A stretch of 64,000 nt of DNA from a virus. Lineage: Duplodnaviria > Caudoviricetes. Below the pieces are notes generated by a model that made no database searches, was not told where the DNA came from, and worked only from the letters and a program-made list of their open reading frames with translations. Position 1 is the stretch's first letter. Each line of letters begins with the position of its first letter. Positions 59,303 through 64,000 of the stretch are shown in pieces. A program made the position numbers and the translations under genes. The stretch is from IMG/VR virus record IMGVR_UViG_3300032782_000002; one strand, written 5' to 3'.

Positions 59303-60599
59303 GGCGGTTGGATCCTTGGTTGGTTGGTGAGTCGGGCGCACAAGGCGCGACCGTCCAGGCGGACGGTCGTGCCCCGCGGACGCGACCTCAGGGGATGACG
59401 TTGCCCTCGGCGTCGAAGTCCTCCGCGCGCCAGTCGCCGCGCTCGCGGCGGCGGTCGCGCCAGTAGCGATCGGAGGCGACCGTCTCCGGGTGGTCGCCCG
59501 GATCGGTGTCGTACAGCGGCGCGTCGTCGTTGCCGCGCGTAGACTGCCGCGCCTCGGGCGCACGGGTCGCGACGACACCGATCGTCGGATGCCGGACCCG
59601 CAGCGTGGGCTGCGTGTCGACCACGATGCGGTCGCCTACGAGCCGCTCACTGGCGAGCATGTGCGCGCCGCCGTGCTTGGGCGCGCCCGTGTCGAGGCGC
59701 GGCCGGACGAGCACAAGCGTGCCCTTCTTGCCGCTGCGCCGCGTGCTGCCGTCGACGCTCGTCATGCGCGTCTGTGCGACGCGCGCGCCGAACGTGGGCG
59801 CGCCGTCAACCTGATGCGGGGTGTGCCCCGCGTACGCGCTGGCGCGCGGGCCGTGCGTCACGATGACGTCGGCGCGCATGTCGTCGCGCTTGTCCGCGGC
59901 GAGCGCGATTGCTCGCGCCGCCTGTGCCTCCTGAAACTTCCGCTTGGCGTATCTAGGCATCGCGGTCGACACCCGAGCCGACTAGCTCGTGCGTCGACCG
60001 CGACGGGCGGGGTACCAGAGGAGAGGCATCGTCCCGCACGCGGCCTTGACCTTGCGGTCCGGCGTACGCGCGCGGCGCGACGCTGCGGTGTGCGGCGTCA
60101 CTCCTCATTGTCCCCGCCTGTTGCGGCGGCTTTGCCCGTCCTTCCCCGGTGGTGTGCCGGTCTCGCCTCTCGGCGAGCGGCCTGTGCCACTGCAGCGCCC
60201 CGACCGCGACCTCGACGCCGGCCGCGCGCTGCCGCCTACAAGCGCGCCGTACTGGCCGCGGTAGGTGGGGCAGCGCGCGGGCCGTCGCGAGTGACGGTAT
60301 CCGCGCTAGGGTACTCACCCCGGCCGTGTCCGGCGCGCGCCTCCTTTTGGGCACGTGCGCATTGCACCGTCCGGTGCGGGGTGTGCGTTGAGCTGGTCAG
60401 CCCGGATGGCCGGGGCGGATCGCCTGCCGGCGCACGCGCGAGGGCCGCGTGCGCCCGACGATCCACCGTCCCGCGCGGCACTGGCGTGGCGCGCGGCTCG
60501 GGTCCGGGTCGGTGAAGGGGGCCGCATGCCGGCGCGCGCACCATGCGCGCGGGGGAACGGACCGCACCAGGCGCCAACCGGCGCCGCCCCCGCCGACCG

Positions 60600-61210
60600 G
60601 GGGCAGACCACAAGCCTAGCACCGCATGTGCCAGTGCTAGTGCACTAGCACTAGCATACGGCTAAGTGCTTGATATTGCTCGTGAAAACGGGGATCGGAC
60701 GGGGGGTATGCCCCGGCTGCGGGGCGCCGATCATGACATTCGAGTCGCGGTGTGACCGGATCCGGCTACTGCGTGCGCGACGCTTCTCGGATCGGCCGAT
60801 CCGCGCGATCGGCGGATCGGCCCCTAGATCGCCGCTGATCGGCGATCGGCCCTTGATCGCCCTTGCGCGCGATCCTCAGGTACGAGTTACACGTGAACCG
60901 CAGTTCACTTTTGCCCCAGGATCGACGCGCGCGACCCGGGCGAGGGGGCAGTGGCCGGACCGCGTCCCGGCGCGTAGGCGGGCCGTTTCCGGGGCAGCAA
61001 TCGCTATGCAGATTGTTCCGATCACGGCAGATCGGAAGCCAATTCACGAGCAATTCCACGTAGTTACGCACCGCACGTATTCCGGCCGTAACGCGTCAAA
61101 AACGACCCTGCCGCGCGGTCGGCGCGTGAATACCGGCCCCCGATCGCCCGTCGACGGCCGATCGGAGAAAAGGGGGCGTGGTCATTCCTCCGCTTGTCAG
61201 ATCGGGGCGC
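60600..61210. other. Non-coding strand-switch region (candidate terminus, pac site or origin)
   Basis: Divergent transcription, operator palindrome at 60630-60649, GGGGGGTATGCCCC, dense GATC cluster. Confidence 0.5.
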
Positions 61211-61229
61211 GGCGCGCGTCGGCGTGATC

Positions 61230-61469
61230 ATGCCTTGCCCCGTTTGCGGTAACCCCGATCTGGCCACGTTCGAGATCTGCCCCGTGTGCGCGTGGGAGGT
61301 CGACATCGCGCACGACGAGTGCCCCTGTGGGCGCCACGACTGGTCATCGGCCAACGGCGCGTGCCTCACGCGCTACATGCTGCTGCACATCGCGCGCGAC
61401 GTGCGCGCCCGCTACCACGCGCAGCTGCGCGTGATGCGCGCGCTGCGCTCCGGCCGCGACCTCTTCTAG
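61230..61469 (+). CDS. Cys-rich CPCC-type small protein
   Basis: CPVCG...FEICPVCAWE.D...SSANG..L. Confidence 0.7.
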   Translation: MPCPVCGNPDLATFEICPVCAWEVDIAHDECPCGRHDWSSANGACLTRYMLLHIARDVRARYHAQLRVMRALRSGRDLF

Positions 61470-61806
61470 CGCGCTGCTCGTCAGACAATGCAACGCTCAG
61501 CGTCGAGCGTATGTGAGCAATCGTCCCGCGGGACGGCGCCCCCGCTACGTGCGCGCCATTGCCGATCGCTTCCCTCCTCAGTCTGACGGCTACGTGCTCG
61601 ATATCGAGTGCGCCGACGGACGTCGGATCGACGACTGGTTCCCCGGCTCGGTCCAGCAGGCCGTGGGAGCCGCGCGCGTCGCGCACCCCGGGTGCGCCAT
61701 CCGCGGCGTGATGGAACTGTCCTGGGCCGACTGGGTCGGCACGCTGGACGACTGGGCGCTCGGCCCCTGACGTCAGAACGGGCCCCGGTCGGGCGTCGTC
61801 TGCCGC

Positions 61807-62265
61807 ATGACGACGCCCCGCTACGCTCCACGCTGGTACCGCCGCCGCGCACGCGCGCGCGAAGAGCTTGTCCACGCCGCCCAGACGGCGCTTCTTGAGC
61901 CCCTCGTGGCCGAGGCGCGCCTTGCCCTGTGCGCGCCCCCACCGACGGCCGTGTTCCTCGATCCGCTCTCGCGCGAGCGGATCGTCTACGCGGCCAGCGA
62001 ATGGGATCGGCGCGGCGTCGCGCTCGTCGGCATCGATCGGGATCACGTGTGGATCGGGACCGAGTTTGCCGCCCTCATCATCGAGGACGGCGGCGAGCTG
62101 TGTTTCGAGCTGTGGGGCGTGCTCTTCGGGCACCTGTGGCACGCCTGCGTGGTCGCGCGCAGCGAGGACGCGGCCCGGAGCTTCGCTCTGCGGATCGGCG
62201 CGAGCGACGTCAACGTGGACGGCCTGGCCTTCGATCCGTCGGATCTCGATCCGCCCGGCGCCTGA
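61807..62265 (+). CDS. Hypothetical protein
   Basis: Clean ORF. Confidence 0.55.
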   Translation: MTTPRYAPRWYRRRARAREELVHAAQTALLEPLVAEARLALCAPPPTAVFLDPLSRERIVYAASEWDRRGVALVGIDRDHVWIGTEFAALIIEDGGELCFELWGVLFGHLWHACVVARSEDAARSFALRIGASDVNVDGLAFDPSDLDPPGA

Positions 62266-62367
62266 ACCCGGTGCGTATCGGCAGGATTGCCGATAGCACA
62301 TCCTGCGCCGATTGTTGAGGGCTACCAGCCTCACCTTCGCGCGCCCCGGTTGGGGTAGCATCGCCCG

Positions 62368-63138
62368 ATGCGTTACCTCCTCGTTCTCCTCGCGCTCGTC
62401 GCTGGTTGCAGCGGCAGCTGCAGCTGCACCCCTGCCCCCGCGATCCCCGACGCGGCCCCCGCCTTCGACGGCGCGGCGGACGCCGCCGCCGACGGGGCAC
62501 CGGCCATGGACAGCGCCGCCATGGACGGCGCTTCCGACGCGCCCTCGCCGGCCGCCGGCTACGAGGTCACGGTGATCAACGGCACGACGGCGGCGACGAC
62601 CGTCTACGTCGCATTCGGATCGGACTCCGCGATCCGCACCTGGCCGTTCTGCCAGACCGATGCCGGCTTCGGCGGGTGCGTCTTCCCGCTCGTGGCCGGC
62701 GCCTCGCGCGGGCTGCCGGTCGGCGGCAAGTACCTCAACGCGACCGTCTCGCTCGGCGGCAACGGCTGCAACGCGACCAAGGCGGAGATCAACCTCAACA
62801 ACCCCGCCTGGACGAGCGACACCGCCGACGTGTCGCTGGTCGATGGCTACTCGAACAAGCTCTCCATCCAGGTCGTGCGCGGCGCCTCCGACGGTGGGGT
62901 GCTGCAGCTCGGACCGCCGCTCGGCAAGGACGGCAACGCGCACGTCTTCGGGCTCTTCCCGTACGGCTGCGACGTGTGCGTGGCGCGCCAGGCGCCGCCG
63001 TGCGGGATCACGCCGTGCGGCTCGCCGACCGACGGCGGCGCGTGCGGGTGCAAGGCCGGCAGCCAGTACAACCCCGCGGTGCCCTGTCAGTGGTCCGGGC
63101 CGCGCGGGCTGCACTACCTCATCGAGCTGCTGCCGTGA
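62368..63138 (+). CDS. Thaumatin-like lipoprotein
   Basis: Lipobox VAGC; DA-rich linker; ATKAEINL...DVSLVDGYS; many Cys. Confidence 0.7.
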   Translation: MRYLLVLLALVAGCSGSCSCTPAPAIPDAAPAFDGAADAAADGAPAMDSAAMDGASDAPSPAAGYEVTVINGTTAATTVYVAFGSDSAIRTWPFCQTDAGFGGCVFPLVAGASRGLPVGGKYLNATVSLGGNGCNATKAEINLNNPAWTSDTADVSLVDGYSNKLSIQVVRGASDGGVLQLGPPLGKDGNAHVFGLFPYGCDVCVARQAPPCGITPCGSPTDGGACGCKAGSQYNPAVPCQWSGPRGLHYLIELLP

Positions 63139-63518
63139 CGACGCTCGCCTACCGCGCGGGCAAGCTGCCCGACGAGCTGGCGGTCGGCGAGTGTGTCATG
63201 CGGCCCACGCGGGCCGGCAGCGTCGTGTACTGGCGCCTCGACTTCTGCGTCACGCGCACCGACAACGGGCAGCCGCAGATCGCAGGCGTACCGGTCAACA
63301 TCGGCGGCGACTACACGCAGAGCGGCCCGGCCGGCAAGACCTGGGGGCTCAAGAAGATCGCCGAGGGCACGTGGCAGGTCTCGCCTTCGATCAACGTGCT
63401 CGCGGGTGGCGCGCCGCATCCGGGTGAGCATCCGACCGAGCCGTCCATCTGGCACCATACGCCCCAGATCGTCGGCGTGCCGGCGGGCGAGCGGTGGCAG
63501 TCGGGCGCGGCGCCCTAG
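63135..63518 (+). CDS. Hypothetical protein, DUF6527-like
   Basis: GTGA-coupled; W..VSPSINV...WH. Confidence 0.55.
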   Translation: MTTLAYRAGKLPDELAVGECVMRPTRAGSVVYWRLDFCVTRTDNGQPQIAGVPVNIGGDYTQSGPAGKTWGLKKIAEGTWQVSPSINVLAGGAPHPGEHPTEPSIWHHTPQIVGVPAGERWQSGAAP

Positions 63519-63715
63519 ACCTTCAGCATCTGGGCGGCCGACTCGCGCGCGAGCCGGACGATCTCACGGCGGCGATCCGAGTCGCCGCCGTCGAGCACGT
63601 ACACCTGGATGCCGTCGCGGTAGATGGCCAGGTGCTGCAGGTGGATGACCAGCCGCTCTACGAAGCGAAGCGCCGCGCCCTCGTCCTCGAAGACGAAGAG
63701 GTAGTGCGGCGGCAT
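63515..63715 (-). CDS. Small hypothetical protein
   Basis: Clean 66-aa ORF. Confidence 0.55.
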   Translation of the reverse strand: MPPHYLFVFEDEGAALRFVERLVIHLQHLAIYRDGIQVYVLDGGDSDRRREIVRLARESAAQMLKV

Positions 63716-63721
63716 GGCGGA

Positions 63722-64000
63722 CTAGACGATCCGGCGCACCGATCCGCCGAACTTGTCGTAGAGCAGGAAGCTTCCCGCGGCGATGGCGCCGCCGAGGGCA
63801 AACCCCCCGAGGACGGTAGCGATCTTGCTCCACGTCGTCCCGAAGTCCTCCCCGCGGACCGGATCGTGCGGCTTCTCGCCGGGGCGCGCGGCGTACATGG
63901 CGGCAAGCGCGTTCTGTACCGCCTCGGAAGCGCTCTGCTTGGCGACGAAGTGACCGAGGTCGGCGACCGTGATGTAGCCTTTGCCGTCCCAGTCTAGGCC
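63722..64000 (-). CDS. C-terminus of a membrane-anchored protein with an EF-hand-like loop (possible transglycosylase tail), 5' partial
   Basis: GLDWDGKGYITVADL...IATVLGGFALGGAIAAGSFLLY. Confidence 0.55.
   Translation of the reverse strand, partial: GLDWDGKGYITVADLGHFVAKQSASEAVQNALAAMYAARPGEKPHDPVRGEDFGTTWSKIATVLGGFALGGAIAAGSFLLYDKFGGSVRRIV

Larger units (their letters stand above)
1..64000. mobile_element. Segment of a large phage/prophage genome (tRNA array plus early/accessory gene region)
   Basis: Dense co-oriented small ORFs with ATGA/GTGA overlaps, ~38 tRNAs, homing-type endonucleases, intein-containing SNF2 helicase, Cas4-like nuclease, MoxR-vWA module, no housekeeping operons. Confidence 0.85.

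Noticed and set aside
59960-61227. ORFs predicted in the strand-switch region
   Set aside because: Arg/Ala/Pro-rich translations without motifs or coupling; the region looks non-coding

Overview
This window is a high-GC segment of a large tailed phage or prophage genome. No capsid, tail or terminase genes are recognisable in it. Two Asp/Ala/Gly-rich lipoproteins hint at a Myxococcota host, but that is inference. From left to right the window holds: (1) a glycosylation module (GT25, GT4-methyltransferase fusion, SDR) and a DIP1984-like coiled-coil gene followed by a ~250-nt structured RNA carrying 7-nt-periodic YCAG repeats; (2) a ~9-kb minus-strand array of about 38 tRNA genes, many non-canonical, with two free-standing endonucleases, several tRNA-sized non-tRNA structured RNAs and a boxA-like element; the array is interrupted by a SWIM-DDE transposon remnant carrying a restriction-modification pair, which sits between two broken tRNA halves; (3) a long, mostly minus-strand run of small accessory or early genes, including two SET-domain proteins, a Cas4/RecB-like nuclease, an atypical kinase, an SNF2 helicase with an HNH intein, a J-domain protein, a Fis-like HTH and a MoxR AAA-vWA/peptidase module followed by a D-armless tRNA-like RNA; (4) a non-coding strand-switch region with a GATC cluster and one copy of an operator palindrome that occurs three times in the window; (5) a few terminal genes including a thaumatin-like lipoprotein. 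All calls were made by eye from motifs and base-pairing. No database searches were run. Many small hypothetical ORFs are not listed individually.
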